DNA of 63,700 bases, counting the filler, from Octopus bimaculoides (Eukaryota): the NCBI RefSeq assembly GCF_001194135.2. It is 6 parts of 5 records of this genome, joined end to end, with 100 filler letters (N's around TTAATTAATTAA, not from the genome) between each part and the next. Parts side by side here need not be neighbours in the genome. Positions count along the whole stretch, not along the records: positions 62,517 to 63,700 come from NC_068990.1; 5 more parts are not named here. One strand, given 5' to 3'. Numbering within the stretch: position 1 is the first letter of the stretch; every line of letters begins with the position of its first letter. Below the pieces are notes generated by a model, which was given only the letters and a program-made list of their open reading frames with translations, made no database searches and was not told where the DNA came from. A program made the position numbers and the translations under genes. Of this stretch, positions 63,206 to 63,700 are shown one piece after another.

Positions 63206-63700
63206 TATATACATACAAGTGTGCATATGTATCTCTCGGTCATACACAAGGGAGAGATACGTATTCATGCATACATGTATGTATATATACTTACACATAT
63301 ATGAATATCTATCTGTCTATCTATCTATCTACTTATTTACCTCTACATGTATATAGATGCATGCATACATTCATACATAGATATAGACTTTTGTGAGGGA
63401 ACAAACGAAAGAAAGTTGCCCTCAGCACATTTGATTGGACTTATATGCATTGGAGGTGTTTGAATGAGCTCTACATTATTAAAGTTTCGTGGGCGTAGGA
63501 AATATCTTTCTCACTATGTTTCGTGCAGTTGACGAGATGAACTTGTTCTGCTCCCACGAAATCTAACTGATGTAAAATTGAGTGAAACTTATTAAATATA
63601 CAGGCATATTTGTGTTTATGTATATGTATATATTATATATACACCCATATATATATAATGTATAATACACGCCCCCCATATATATATATATATATATATA

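Overview
This is an AT-rich, microsatellite-dense and gap-ridden piece of a large animal genome draft. The tRNA-derived SINE families and the transposon mix suggest an octopod cephalopod, probably Octopus; that is recognition from memory, not a database hit. I find no intact protein-coding gene, rRNA, true tRNA or CRISPR array, and nearly all long ORF-track entries are N-runs or simple repeats. The window is dominated by decayed mobile DNA: three tRNA-SINE families (about 18 copies), at least four mariner remnants, two Tc1, one maT (DD37D), two Penelope-like GIY-YIG retroelements, one CR1 LINE, several R4/Dong-type LINE pieces and palindromic MITE-like elements. Four observations stand out. 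(1) A set of minimal hammerhead-ribozyme motifs, one beside a Penelope element. (2) R4/Dong 3' ends that appear to split between (TAA)n and (TACA)n sites and carry a covarying 3' stem. (3) A locally duplicated ~550 bp block shaped like a terminal exon, with acceptor and poly(A) signal in both copies. (4) A mariner derivative with two inward-facing 5' ends. Several apparent features are assembly artefacts (N44-TTAATTAATTAA-N44 spacers and duplicated flanks at 10-N gaps).
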